Part shown: positions 45,089 through 53,990 of the stretch, one piece after another | How the letters are laid out: each line of letters starts with the position of its first letter | How positions within the stretch are numbered: the first letter of the stretch is position 1 | Source of the DNA: a virus | Taxonomy: Duplodnaviria > Caudoviricetes | Length of the DNA stretch: 53,990 nucleotides | Virus record (IMG/VR): IMGVR_UViG_3300036766_001883 | Location: 1-53,990 of that record | Strand: one strand, 5' to 3' | Translations under genes and position numbers: made by a program | The notes under the pieces: generated by a model | Databases searched by the model: none | Seen by the model: only the letters and a program-made list of their open reading frames with translations | What the model was told of the DNA's origin: nothing

Positions 45089-45356
45089 CAGGATTGAGCG
45101 CAGGAGCCTAGGCGTGACGAAGGCGAGCATGATGATCGAGTTGGGGCGGGCGAAGATCGGCCTGGGCGCGCGGAAGATGCTCGATGCGCTGCTGGATGTC
45201 TATCCCGCGGCATTGACCCGCGAGAAGTTGGCCGAGGCCACGGGATACTCGCGAGCGAGCAGCACTTTCCGCAACAACCTGTCGGCCCTGCGGAGTAATG
45301 AGATCGCCGATGTCCGCGGGCAGGAAGTCTGCGCTGCAGAGGCGCTGTTCCCATGA
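45075..45356 (+). CDS. Winged-HTH protein or gene fragment
   Basis: LTREKLAEATGYS..SSTFRNNLSALRS. Confidence 0.55.
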   Translation: MDPHDRIERRSLGVTKASMMIELGRAKIGLGARKMLDALLDVYPAALTREKLAEATGYSRASSTFRNNLSALRSNEIADVRGQEVCAAEALFP

Positions 45357-45366
45357 CAGGACGGCG

Positions 45367-45633
45367 ATGAATCGATCGAAGGACATCCGGGTGCCAAGAT
45401 GCTGCCTCTGCGGACAGGCTGTTCTCATCGTGAGCGAGCCATTCGACTGCATCGTGGTCTCAGCCACGGTGGAGGGATCCGGGGTCCTGGCCCGGGCGGT
45501 CCACTGGAGATGCCTCGAGTCGGCGGCACCTGAGATCCACGTCCGATTGCATGGCGAGTACGAGAGGATCCTGACTGCGATGGCCCGGGCGCGGATCTCG
45601 CGCGGCCTGCCGGCCGATCCGAGGATGAACTGA
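45367..45633 (+). CDS. Small Cys/His protein
   Basis: CCLC..HWRC. Confidence 0.45.
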   Translation: MNRSKDIRVPRCCLCGQAVLIVSEPFDCIVVSATVEGSGVLARAVHWRCLESAAPEIHVRLHGEYERILTAMARARISRGLPADPRMN

Positions 45634-45744
45634 TGGGGCCGATTTACGAATTGATAAATTTCAGGATCGAGGAAGCGCGATGACGCGCTCCATCGGACGG
45701 TTCGAGCCCGAGAGCATCGATCGGTGCGGTGCGGGGGAGACCCG

Positions 45745-45954
45745 ATGAGGTTTCCCACGATGAGCGAGCGGTGCCCGCTTTGCGGGGAGGGTTTCGTGAA
45801 GGGGGACCCCGTTGAGACGGCACTCATGACGGTGCCGGGCGGTTTTGCGGGCGTATCTTTCCATCAGCGCTGTGTCAAGGGAGACCCGAAAGCGGCGCAG
45901 GCAAAGCAGATCGCGCGCGACCTGACTCAACCTACGCCCCGGGTCATGCACTGA
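45745..45954 (+). CDS. Small zinc-binding protein
   Basis: CPLC..HQRC; RBS GGGAG. Confidence 0.5.
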   Translation: MRFPTMSERCPLCGEGFVKGDPVETALMTVPGGFAGVSFHQRCVKGDPKAAQAKQIARDLTQPTPRVMH

Positions 45955-45975
45955 GAGGAGAAGGCAACGGTAGCG

Positions 45976-46440
45976 ATGGGCATAGATTTGGGGAGACCGG
46001 GTGGCGTCGTGGTGCTGGACGACGGGCGCCCGGGCAAGCCGGTGTGCATCTGCGCGGCGGGAGTGCCCGCCAAGATCACGGAGCTGGAGTATCAGAAGTT
46101 GCTGCATGGGCTGATGAAACAGTTCCGGCCGGACATCATCGCCGACGAGCGGCCCGGGCACTGGGGCAGGATATTCATCGGGATGAGCCAGTCTCGCGAC
46201 GACGCGCTGGCGACGGCCGCCGCGCAGGCGCTGCAGATCCCGCTGCGGCGGTTCGAGCCCCGGCGCGTGAAGATGCTGGTGGCCGCGAACGGGCGCGCCT
46301 CGAAGCAGGACGTTGGCCAGGCCGTGTCTGCGCTGGTGCGGATGCCCGCGGGCGAGCACAGCGAACACGTGACGGATGCAGCGGCTATTGCACTCGTGGC
46401 GCTCAAGGGATCGTCGCGGGGGCAGAGGGGCAGAAGATGA
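45976..46440 (+). CDS. ruvC: RuvC-like Holliday junction resolvase
   Basis: MGIDLG, PDIIADE, VK..V..NGRASK..V, EHVTDAAAIAL. Confidence 0.85.
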   Translation: MGIDLGRPGGVVVLDDGRPGKPVCICAAGVPAKITELEYQKLLHGLMKQFRPDIIADERPGHWGRIFIGMSQSRDDALATAAAQALQIPLRRFEPRRVKMLVAANGRASKQDVGQAVSALVRMPAGEHSEHVTDAAAIALVALKGSSRGQRGRR

Positions 46441-46904
46441 TCGCCTTGTCGGTGAGGCAGCCGTGGGCGGAGGCGATCGTGCTCGGCCTGAAGACGATCG
46501 AGGTGCGCACGTGGGTGCCGTTCTCGATCCGGCTGCCGAGGCGGATAGCGATTCACGCAGGCAAGGCGGTGCCGCGATCGTGGCCGCCCTCGGTGGACGC
46601 CGCGATGAAGAGAGTCGGCGACCGTTATGGATGCATCGTAGGCGTGGCGACGCTGATTGATGTGAGGCGCTTCGCGGATCGGACCGACTTCGAGAACGCG
46701 GCAAGCCAACATCTGAACCCGCTGGCCTGGTGGCAGCCGGGACTGTGCGCGTGGCAATTCGGGCAGGCGATGCGCTTCGAGGAGCCGATACCGTGCCGTG
46801 GCATGCAGGGCCTGTTCGAATTGGCCGATCAGGAAGCCCAGGTCGTGATCGCAGCGATCGCCGGCCTGAGAGCACCGCAAGAAAGGAGCAACAATGAGGA
46901 CTAA
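46437..46904 (+). CDS. ASCH domain protein
   Basis: ALSVRQPWA..I..GLKTIEVRTW..IAIHAGK..PIPCRGMQGLF. Confidence 0.9.
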   Translation: MIALSVRQPWAEAIVLGLKTIEVRTWVPFSIRLPRRIAIHAGKAVPRSWPPSVDAAMKRVGDRYGCIVGVATLIDVRRFADRTDFENAASQHLNPLAWWQPGLCAWQFGQAMRFEEPIPCRGMQGLFELADQEAQVVIAAIAGLRAPQERSNNED

Positions 46905-47448
46905 CTGGCAGCAACGAGCAGTAAGCATCAACAGGCGACTGAAGCATCGGAAGGCGCTTCGCGCGCTGAGGTTCTTCAAGCTCATGCTCGTCGCGGGTCT
47001 GTGCGGCTGGCTGTTATCGTGTCCGAGGGGGCAGACGAAGTACGTCATGGCCGCGCAGGCCAAGGCCCGAACAGGCGTTGACCCCACGGTAACCTGGACG
47101 CAGGACAAGGCCAGCCTGCATCCGGCCGAGACTTTGATCATCACGATCAAGGTGGCGGTTCCCACGACAGAGACCGCCGACGCGACGGGCGTGGTGCTCA
47201 CCGTCAACCTGTCCTCCTACCTGGAGATGCAGAGCATTGCCAGGGGGGCGTTCTCGATCGACAATTCGGCCTGCATCACCGCGACCCAGCAGCCGACCCC
47301 GTCATGCGCGAATGCCACAACCAATGTGCCGGAGTTTCCCCTGACGCTGACACCCGACTCGACGAACAAGATCACGGTCGCGATCGGGGTCTTGAAGCGG
47401 GGCGAGACAAATACCTATCTCGTCCGGGCCAAATTGCGCGGGACGTAG
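46894..47448 (+). CDS. Membrane-anchored Ig-like (DUF11-like) protein
   Basis: TM segment, then DKASLHPAETLIITIKV..ATGVVLT..IGVLKRGE. Confidence 0.55.
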   Translation: MRTNWQQRAVSINRRLKHRKALRALRFFKLMLVAGLCGWLLSCPRGQTKYVMAAQAKARTGVDPTVTWTQDKASLHPAETLIITIKVAVPTTETADATGVVLTVNLSSYLEMQSIARGAFSIDNSACITATQQPTPSCANATTNVPEFPLTLTPDSTNKITVAIGVLKRGETNTYLVRAKLRGT

Positions 47449-47518
47449 CGGTGGGGAGCCGACTGCGCGGCCGCTGGCACGGCTTCGGCGCCTTGCCGCC
47501 CTCATCGGGAGGACCCGG

Positions 47519-48028
47519 ATGATAAGCCTATCGGAAGAAACACAGAATCGGTTCTGGCGCAAAGTCTGCAAGGGCGAGTCCTGCTGGCTGTGGACCGCGG
47601 CCAAAGCCAACACAGGATATGGGGCTTTCGGCTTCCGGCGGAATGGGCGGACGATGACAATGAAGGCGCACCGCGTCGCCTACGAACTCTGCGTCGGGCC
47701 GATTCCCGAAGGGATGATTCTGCTCCACAAGTGCGACGTAGCGGCCTGTGTGAACCCTGATCATCTGTCGCTTGGAACGAAAGCCGAGAATAACCGGGAC
47801 ATGCAGGCCAAGGGTCGGAAGGTCTCTGGCGGTAGTTACGAGCGGCCGCACCGTTACAAGCGCGGCACAGAACATCATGCTGCGAAATTGACTCCGGATC
47901 TTGTCCGGCAATTGCGAAGCGATCAGAGGTCTGGAATGTCGGAGTCGCAACTTGGTCGGAAATATGGCCTATCGGCTGGGGCGGCGGGGAGAGTGGCAAG
48001 ATGCGAGCGATGGAAGCACGTCTGCTGA
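47519..48028 (+). CDS. HNH endonuclease
   Basis: RFW.KV..CWLW..AHRVAY..LHKCD..CVNPDHL..N..DM..KGR. Confidence 0.92.
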   Translation: MISLSEETQNRFWRKVCKGESCWLWTAAKANTGYGAFGFRRNGRTMTMKAHRVAYELCVGPIPEGMILLHKCDVAACVNPDHLSLGTKAENNRDMQAKGRKVSGGSYERPHRYKRGTEHHAAKLTPDLVRQLRSDQRSGMSESQLGRKYGLSAGAAGRVARCERWKHVC

Positions 48029-48765
48029 TAACCGAGGGTGCCTACCGACACCTGCCGGCGCTCGCATCCGTTGGGAAGCGCGAAACGAACCGGGAGTTCA
48101 TCATCACCGCCAGGAGGGCATGTGCGTGAGCGGCATCGGCAGGGCTGAATTTGAGATCGGGGCTTGGTATGTCGAACGCATTCGCCTCTGCATGGAAAAC
48201 CACCCCTTCGGCGTATCCCTGCGCGCCATCTGCCTCTACTGCGAACGCGGCGAGAAGGCCGAGGTTGATTGGCCGGCCCTCTATGAGGTCCTGTGCCTCC
48301 TGGAGGGACGGCAGATCGTCGAGTTGGACCGGGACGACGGCGGCAACATTAACTGGTTGCGGCGCGGCGAGAAATGGCCCGCCGCGAAGGGAGCAAGGAG
48401 GACGACGTCAATGAACCAGGTTGTATTGATGGTGGTGGTTCGAGCTGGAGAGACAGAACAGGCCTTGCAGGCCGATTGTATTCGACCTGGATGGCAAGGC
48501 CGAGTCGTTCCAACACGGCTGATCTCCAAGTCTGCTTGGCCTGCGGGCAATTTCTTCAGGCTGGGCGGATAGCGGAGATGGACGGCACGGGTGGCTTTGC
48601 GTGCACCGGGTGCGGGCAGATTTTCCCGGCAGGCCATCCCAGGAGGCCTGCGAGCTAGCAATACATTGCCCGCCCGGGCCGGGGAGCACGAAACTACAAC
48701 AGCGCTGTCTTCACACAACAATGGCCGTCGCTCCCTGGCCCAGGGCGGGAACGAGGATGGATTGG

Positions 48766-48969
48766 ATGCGGGTATCTGAGAGAATCTGGTGGCTGCTGGC
48801 GTGGTTGAAGGCGGCATGCACGATCTTCGGCCCCTGGCCGGCCTTCACGTGGCTGGCGAGGGAATGTAGCGCGCCGTGGCCTGCCGCGGTGATGGTGGGC
48901 TTCCTGTTCTGGCTACTCTCGCTGCGGGTTGTGGACTGGATACTGAAGCCGGGCGGCACGCTGGAGTAA
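48766..48969 (+). CDS. Small membrane protein
   Basis: Two hydrophobic Trp-rich segments; start uncertain. Confidence 0.4.
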   Translation: MRVSERIWWLLAWLKAACTIFGPWPAFTWLARECSAPWPAAVMVGFLFWLLSLRVVDWILKPGGTLE

Positions 48970-49023
48970 AGGGAGGCAGCCGTGCACCCCATAACGAATA
49001 CGGAGCCGGAAGGAGACGAACAG

Positions 49024-49425
49024 ATGAGCAAGGCGACTGAGGGATGGATCCTGTATGCCCTGCCCACAGGGTTCGACGACGACTATAGTATAGATGCCTA
49101 CGTGTGGGCCGCGCCAAGCGAAGACCTCAATGGGATGGCAGTTGAGTTCCTGAAGGCCACGGGTGCGCCCTACGTGGCGGCCCCGCCGCCAGTGGGCGAG
49201 GACGAGGTGGCCGTCGCCCTGACCCGCATCTCGGAGGAGGCTCTGGCTCCTGCAACCGACTGGTATTCCGAGGAGAGGAACTGGAGGGACAAGATGGTCG
49301 AGGCGGGATACGCGAAGATGCCGGGCGATGCTGACTCCGCGATATTTGTGGCCTGGCTGTGCCAGACGTATCCCGACAGGTTCCGCTCGCAGGAAGTGCG
49401 AGAGTGGCGATTGGGTAGCGGGTGA
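49024..49425 (+). CDS. Hypothetical protein
   Basis: RBS AAGGAG; phage-like codon usage. Confidence 0.55.
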   Translation: MSKATEGWILYALPTGFDDDYSIDAYVWAAPSEDLNGMAVEFLKATGAPYVAAPPPVGEDEVAVALTRISEEALAPATDWYSEERNWRDKMVEAGYAKMPGDADSAIFVAWLCQTYPDRFRSQEVREWRLGSG

Positions 49426-49811
49426 GTGATGGACTAGAACGGGTCGTGGCGGCTGACCAAGGGGATATCGCGCCGATTGAAACCGAAGCCGCCGAGCGGC
49501 TGGTGCATGAGGCGATAGGAATCGCAAACCGGGAGGGAAGCGGAATGAAACTTCGAGACTGCCTCAAGGTATTTGCTCGAGTGATGGAGGCGCGCCTCCG
49601 GGACAACGAATGGCGCGGCGGTTGGGATGTCGAGTCCTTCGGGAAGATGCTCGCTGCCCTGGATGACCAGCGACGCCAACTGAAGTTGTCGGTCAAGCAC
49701 CTGAGCCAGGGGAAGGCGCAGCCTGGGGAACTCGTGCGCCGCGCGGCCGACGTGGCCAACTACGCGATGATCGTCGCCGAGCTGGCCAGGAAGCAGCAGC
49801 CGTCAAGATGA
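49422..49811 (+). CDS. MazG-like/all-alpha NTP-PPase-like protein
   Basis: FARVME.RL..N..RGGW...AADVANYAMIVA. Confidence 0.5.
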   Translation: MSDGLERVVAADQGDIAPIETEAAERLVHEAIGIANREGSGMKLRDCLKVFARVMEARLRDNEWRGGWDVESFGKMLAALDDQRRQLKLSVKHLSQGKAQPGELVRRAADVANYAMIVAELARKQQPSR

Positions 49812-50341
49812 AACCTTTCACGGTCGAGATCTGGGACGGGCCGCTGCGAGACACGGCGGTTGTCACTTTTCCAGGGGCGGGGGATGAGTGCCGCTTGCCA
49901 CTGCTACACCACATCGTCGCGGTCGACCCCGAGGATCGTGACTACAAGGCACCCATGAGTTCCATTCTAGTCGAGATGACGCGTCGGCAGTGGCGCATTC
50001 TGCGGCAGCGGCTGGCGGCCGTCGGCAAGCGTCGTCTCGTCCTGGAGATCAGGGAGGGCAGTGGCCGAGGATATCGCGGGACGGAGAACAAGGTCATGAA
50101 ACGATTCCTGTTCCGTGCGGATTGTTTCTTTCGAGCGGACAGTATCGATGAGGCTTTTGAATTGCTCGGGAGGCACTTCCTAGCCTTGGCCACTGGGGAT
50201 GACCGCGGTCCAGAGTTCGTCGGTCAGATGAATATTGAGCCTGCAGACTGCTCGCCGGCGGGGGATAGCAGGGGCCAATCGTGTGATATAATGGACTCGA
50301 GGGCCGGCGATGATGATCCCGCGCGAGCAGATCCGCCCTAA
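49808..50341 (+). CDS. Hypothetical, probably chimeric ORF
   Basis: ATGA overlap; 3' half lies in the 298-bp repeat and has an internal RBS+ATG near 50096. Confidence 0.4.
   Translation: MKPFTVEIWDGPLRDTAVVTFPGAGDECRLPLLHHIVAVDPEDRDYKAPMSSILVEMTRRQWRILRQRLAAVGKRRLVLEIREGSGRGYRGTENKVMKRFLFRADCFFRADSIDEAFELLGRHFLALATGDDRGPEFVGQMNIEPADCSPAGDSRGQSCDIMDSRAGDDDPARADPP
50002..50299. repeat. 298-bp direct repeat, copy 1
   Basis: Identical to 53693-53990; ends with TG-n-TATAAT extended -10. Confidence 0.95.
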
Positions 50342-51197
50342 CGAGTGGAACGCGAACACGTTCGATCCCGAGAATTACCCCAAGCTGGTCGAGAGCATCC
50401 GGGACCGCGGCATCATGGAGCCTCTCAAGGTCATGCCGGACCCCTGCTGTGCGATCGCCAGGGGCGGCGATGGAAATACCGAGGATCTCCGCTACCTGCT
50501 GATTGACGGGTATCACCGCTGGCTCGCCGCCGAGGAGCTGGGGCTGATGGAACTGCCTTGCGAGGTCTGGGAGATCAGCCTCGAGGAAGCGAAGATCCGC
50601 GGCCTTCAGTTGAACTACCTTCGCGGCCAGCCGGTGCCGCAGCGGCTGGCCGCCCTGCTGCACGATCTCAATGCCACGTTCGCGGTCGAGGATCTGGCGA
50701 ACCTATTGCCCTGGTCGGCGGGCGAGATCGAGCAGGCGATAGACCTGTTGCCCTGGTCGGCGGGCGAGATCGAGCAGGCGATAGACCTGCTGGCCTGCGA
50801 TGATGACCGACTCCTCGTCGAATTGCTACGGGAACGCCAGGCGACGGGGACCCTGGCTTCGACGGGATGGGACGACGAGGCGCTGCGCGAGATGATGGGG
50901 CGGCTGGACATGCTCGACGAGGGCTTACCTGCCGATCCGGGACCGGGCGCCGTGCCGGCGCAGGCGGTGACGCACCCGGGCGACGTGTGGATGATGGGCC
51001 GCCACCGCGTCGCTGCCGCGACGGGCAAGAGGCGGGCCGAGCTAACCGAGGCTGTTCGCATCTTCTCATCCGAGCACAGTCTACCCGAGGAGCAGGTGCG
51101 GATACGCGCTGTGGTGCTCATTGATCAGCGGCAGCGCAAGCGCGATGGCTTTCTATGGGTGCCACCCAAGCCGACGCGCTACGCCTCCTTGCGTTGA
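50310..51197 (+). CDS. ParB/Srx-domain protein; N-terminal part of an interrupted ParB-methylase fusion
   Basis: IRPNEWNAN, LVESIR..G...PL, LIDGYHRW; ends with PGDVWMMGRHR followed by unrelated sequence. Confidence 0.8.
   Translation: MMIPREQIRPNEWNANTFDPENYPKLVESIRDRGIMEPLKVMPDPCCAIARGGDGNTEDLRYLLIDGYHRWLAAEELGLMELPCEVWEISLEEAKIRGLQLNYLRGQPVPQRLAALLHDLNATFAVEDLANLLPWSAGEIEQAIDLLPWSAGEIEQAIDLLACDDDRLLVELLRERQATGTLASTGWDDEALREMMGRLDMLDEGLPADPGPGAVPAQAVTHPGDVWMMGRHRVAAATGKRRAELTEAVRIFSSEHSLPEEQVRIRAVVLIDQRQRKRDGFLWVPPKPTRYASLR
50706..50789 (+). repeat. Perfect 42-bp tandem duplication, in frame
   Basis: LPWSAGEIEQAIDL encoded twice. Confidence 0.9.
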
Positions 51198-51213
51198 GAG
51201 GAGAAGCCAGCTT

Positions 51214-53064
51214 ATGCGCAGGGGTAAAGGGTCTGCGGAGAAGAGTCGGGGCACGAAGGTTCTCGAGGCGATAGTCCTGCCACGCCTGGACGATCTGGGA
51301 TACCGCGGCTCCGATCGCCTGGACCTGGGTGTGCGCTTCCTGGACGATGAAGCTGTAACTGCGGTGGCCAAGGCCGAGGGGAAGCCACGGATCGTGGTCG
51401 ACATCATTGAGACACTCCCGAAGGACACCAGCTTCGAAACGGAGGCTCGGACCAGGGCACTCATCGCCTACCAAGTTGGGACAGCATACAACGACAACTA
51501 CCCGACTCATGCCTGGGTTACTGACGGTAGCGCTCACCTATTCTACGATTACGAGAAGGAAGCCCCAGTTCTTGTTCTCCCGGAGGCAAAGCGAGCGCGC
51601 CAAAAGATTGCTCGGGAACGACAGGAAGAAGCTCGCGCGCGGGCGGCGCTCACGCGCAGCCTTGAGCCCTTCTATCGTGCGATGGGACAGCTGCGAGAAC
51701 TGCTCCACGCGAGAGGGAGGTTTGGTGGGCGAAACGAGTCCCTCGACGAGCTCGTCAAGCTACTGATGGTGAAGATGCATGAAGAGCAGCATGGAACCAA
51801 CCGCCTTTGTGTAGAGAAGCTGGAGGAGCTTGGCGAGAGGGAGTGCGGAGGACGTGCTAACATCGCAAAGGCTCTGCACCGCCTGTTTAGCGAGGTGATC
51901 GGGGTGCCAACCTACAGAAACAGCGATGGCACGTCCATATTCGGGGAGACGCCTTCGTTGTGCATTCCAACCACGGAGAATGGCTTCGCCCGTGACGTCG
52001 TTCGCATCCTGGAGGCCGTTGAGTTGCTGCATCTGGACGAAGACAACGGGGGGCGGTCGCTCGAATTGCGTTACGACATACTGAACGAGGCCTTCGGCAA
52101 CTTCATCCGCGACAACTTTGTGAACGAGAAAGAACTGGCCCAGTACCTTACCCCAATTGAGTGCGTCAACTGCATGACGGATCTTGCCTTCGCTGACATC
52201 GAACGTGACCCCGATGACCGTCATCGAATTCTCAGTGTCACATGGGAGAATCCTTACGTCATTCTCGACCCGACGTGCGGGGTGGGCAGTTTTCTGATCG
52301 CTTCCCTTCGACGAGTGCGCCAGATGGTGCGTGCGGCCGACTTGCCCAGTAGCCGGCAGCAGGAGATCTTCGACATCTTCCGCGATCACTGCGTGTATGG
52401 CCAGGACAAGGTTGACCGGATGGTGAGTTACGCGAAGCTCAACATGATCCTCTTCGGAGATGGCCATGCAAACATCTACCAAGGCAATTCAATCGTGGAT
52501 GAACCTGGCCGAACGGACAAGCTGAAACAGCTGGAAGGCCAGGTATCACTTATCTTGACGAATCCCCCCTTCGGCGGTGAGTTCTCTGGGGAAGATATTG
52601 GACCGTACGAATTCGGGCACGTAGGAGAAGACTTCTCAAAGCCCCTTGTGAAGGGACCTGTCGACTCGGAGATCCTTCTGCTCGAGCGCTACATTCGCCT
52701 GTTGCGGCCAGGAGGGCGAATGGTGGTAGTCGTGCCCGATGGCCTGTTGACCAACCAGGGCCGTCAGGCGAGGATGCGGCAGTGGCTCCGCGACCGCGCA
52801 GTCCTCAAAGCTGTCATCAGTTTCCCGACCGTCACCTTCGAGCAAGCTGGAACCGCCACGAAGACGTCCGCGCTCTACATGCAGAAACAGAGTCAAGGAA
52901 ACACACTGTCTCAGGGCCCTGTCTTCATGGCCGTGTGTGAGGATACTGGGTTCGTGATCAAGACCGAGCGGGGCCAAAAGGTCAGGTATTCGATGGGCTC
53001 CAACCAGCTTCTTGAGCTTGTGGAACTCTACGGGACTAGGCAACCAGCGGAGGCGCTTTCTTGA
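51214..53064 (+). CDS. N6-adenine DNA methyltransferase, HsdM/type IIG-like
   Basis: QYLTP, ILDPTCGVGSFL, LTNPPFG, VVPDGLL; degenerate HSDR_N-like N-terminus; lower GC. Confidence 0.9.
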   Translation: MRRGKGSAEKSRGTKVLEAIVLPRLDDLGYRGSDRLDLGVRFLDDEAVTAVAKAEGKPRIVVDIIETLPKDTSFETEARTRALIAYQVGTAYNDNYPTHAWVTDGSAHLFYDYEKEAPVLVLPEAKRARQKIARERQEEARARAALTRSLEPFYRAMGQLRELLHARGRFGGRNESLDELVKLLMVKMHEEQHGTNRLCVEKLEELGERECGGRANIAKALHRLFSEVIGVPTYRNSDGTSIFGETPSLCIPTTENGFARDVVRILEAVELLHLDEDNGGRSLELRYDILNEAFGNFIRDNFVNEKELAQYLTPIECVNCMTDLAFADIERDPDDRHRILSVTWENPYVILDPTCGVGSFLIASLRRVRQMVRAADLPSSRQQEIFDIFRDHCVYGQDKVDRMVSYAKLNMILFGDGHANIYQGNSIVDEPGRTDKLKQLEGQVSLILTNPPFGGEFSGEDIGPYEFGHVGEDFSKPLVKGPVDSEILLLERYIRLLRPGGRMVVVVPDGLLTNQGRQARMRQWLRDRAVLKAVISFPTVTFEQAGTATKTSALYMQKQSQGNTLSQGPVFMAVCEDTGFVIKTERGQKVRYSMGSNQLLELVELYGTRQPAEALS

Positions 53065-53990
53065 TCGAGATGCGACATGTAGATGAGTTCCTTTCAGACT
53101 CACCACCCGCAGCGCTGGTGGATAGTGCGCGCGTGCAAGATCGGTGGAACGCGGAATACTACAACCCGCGGTACCTTCGCTTGTCCGATCACCTTGACTC
53201 TGTCACCGATGAGTTGAACCTTGTGCCGCTGTCAGCTGTTGCAAGACTCTCGGAAGAGACTTGCGATCCTTCGCGGGGCCCGGGGGCGAGCTTCCGATAC
53301 GTTGAGATAAGCGACATCGGGATAGGAGTAGCGTCGACGCGTTTTACCGAAGTCCCACGCGCCGCAGCGCCTAGTCGCGCTCGCATGGTTCTGCGAGCAG
53401 GTGACATTCTCGTGGCGACAGTCCGGGTCAACCGTGGTGCAGTTGCCATGGTAACCCCCGACATCTGTCCCGCCGTGGGAAGCACAGGACTCGCCGTCGT
53501 GCGGGTGTCTGGAGCGGATGAGCATTTTGTCCTCACATGCCTGATGGCTAGCCATGCTAACGCGCAGCTCATGCAGCTAAGCGTCAACAGCATGTACCCA
53601 GCGGTTCGTTCTCCCGATGTCCTGACCGTGAGGATACCGCTTCTCAGCAAGTCGGCCCAGCGTGTCATCGGTGATAAAGTTCGGCGGGCGCAGCGGCAGC
53701 GGCTGGCGGCCGTCGGCAAGCGTCGTCTCGTCCTGGAGATCAGGGAGGGCAGTGGCCGAGGATATCGCGGGACGGAGAACAAGGTCATGAAACGATTCCT
53801 GTTCCGTGCGGATTGTTTCTTTCGAGCGGACAGTATCGATGAGGCTTTTGAATTGCTCGGGAGGCACTTCCTAGCCTTGGCCACTGGGGATGACCGCGGT
53901 CCAGAGTTCGTCGGTCAGATGAATATTGAGCCTGCAGACTGCTCGCCGGCGGGGGATAGCAGGGGCCAATCGTGTGATATAATGGACTCG
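53061..53990 (+). CDS. HsdS-like specificity subunit, single TRD, fused in frame to the repeat; runs off the end (stop at 196 if circular)
   Basis: Manual translation: RWNAEYY, FRYVEISDI, APSRAR..GDILVATVR, STGLAV, YPAV, IPL; absent from the ORF track because it has no stop in the window. Confidence 0.8.
   Translation, partial: MIEMRHVDEFLSDSPPAALVDSARVQDRWNAEYYNPRYLRLSDHLDSVTDELNLVPLSAVARLSEETCDPSRGPGASFRYVEISDIGIGVASTRFTEVPRAAAPSRARMVLRAGDILVATVRVNRGAVAMVTPDICPAVGSTGLAVVRVSGADEHFVLTCLMASHANAQLMQLSVNSMYPAVRSPDVLTVRIPLLSKSAQRVIGDKVRRAQRQRLAAVGKRRLVLEIREGSGRGYRGTENKVMKRFLFRADCFFRADSIDEAFELLGRHFLALATGDDRGPEFVGQMNIEPADCSPAGDSRGQSCDIMDS
53693..53990. repeat. 298-bp direct repeat, copy 2
   Basis: Identical to 50002-50299. 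Confidence 0.95.

Noticed and set aside
45126-45145. Self-target of the 44800 pentamer array under a skip-one code (AT.AT.GA.TT match)
   Set aside because: Only 11 of 16 positions match, with 8 contiguous; this is about what chance gives in a genome this size
48020-48120. Hammerhead-like ribozyme after the HNH gene
   Set aside because: CTGATAA does not match the CUGANGA core and I could not build the required stems

Overview
This looks like a complete, circularly permuted ~53.9 kb temperate siphovirus-type phage genome from a high-GC host (1-127 equals 53864-53990, a typical assembly overlap). Almost all genes are on the + strand: truncated DNA methylase, TerS, a TerL split by an HNH gene, SPP1-like portal, head and tail genes, TP901-family tape measure, tail tip/fibre genes, M15 endolysin, a stand-alone RAMP/Cas7-like gene, an attP (3' half of tRNA-Pro) with a tyrosine integrase, SbcCD, RNase H, replication initiator with DnaC-like loader, RuvC, ASCH, and a ParB/N6-methylase/HsdS-like cassette between 298-bp direct repeats. 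The two best candidates for new biology are: (1) a solitary Cas7-like protein with no CRISPR array, plus non-coding 5-nt-periodic GGC-NN tracts, a possible RNA-guided system; (2) repeated boxA-like + hairpin + terminator RNA switches in the late operon, with a small DUF2292-like candidate antiterminator directly upstream of the first. Other oddities include the intron-less split terminase, antisense HNH genes, a sigma54-driven moron, an antisense sRNA behind the integrase, a displaced origin and host REP-like insertions. All protein calls come from motif recognition and synteny by eye; no database search was run.
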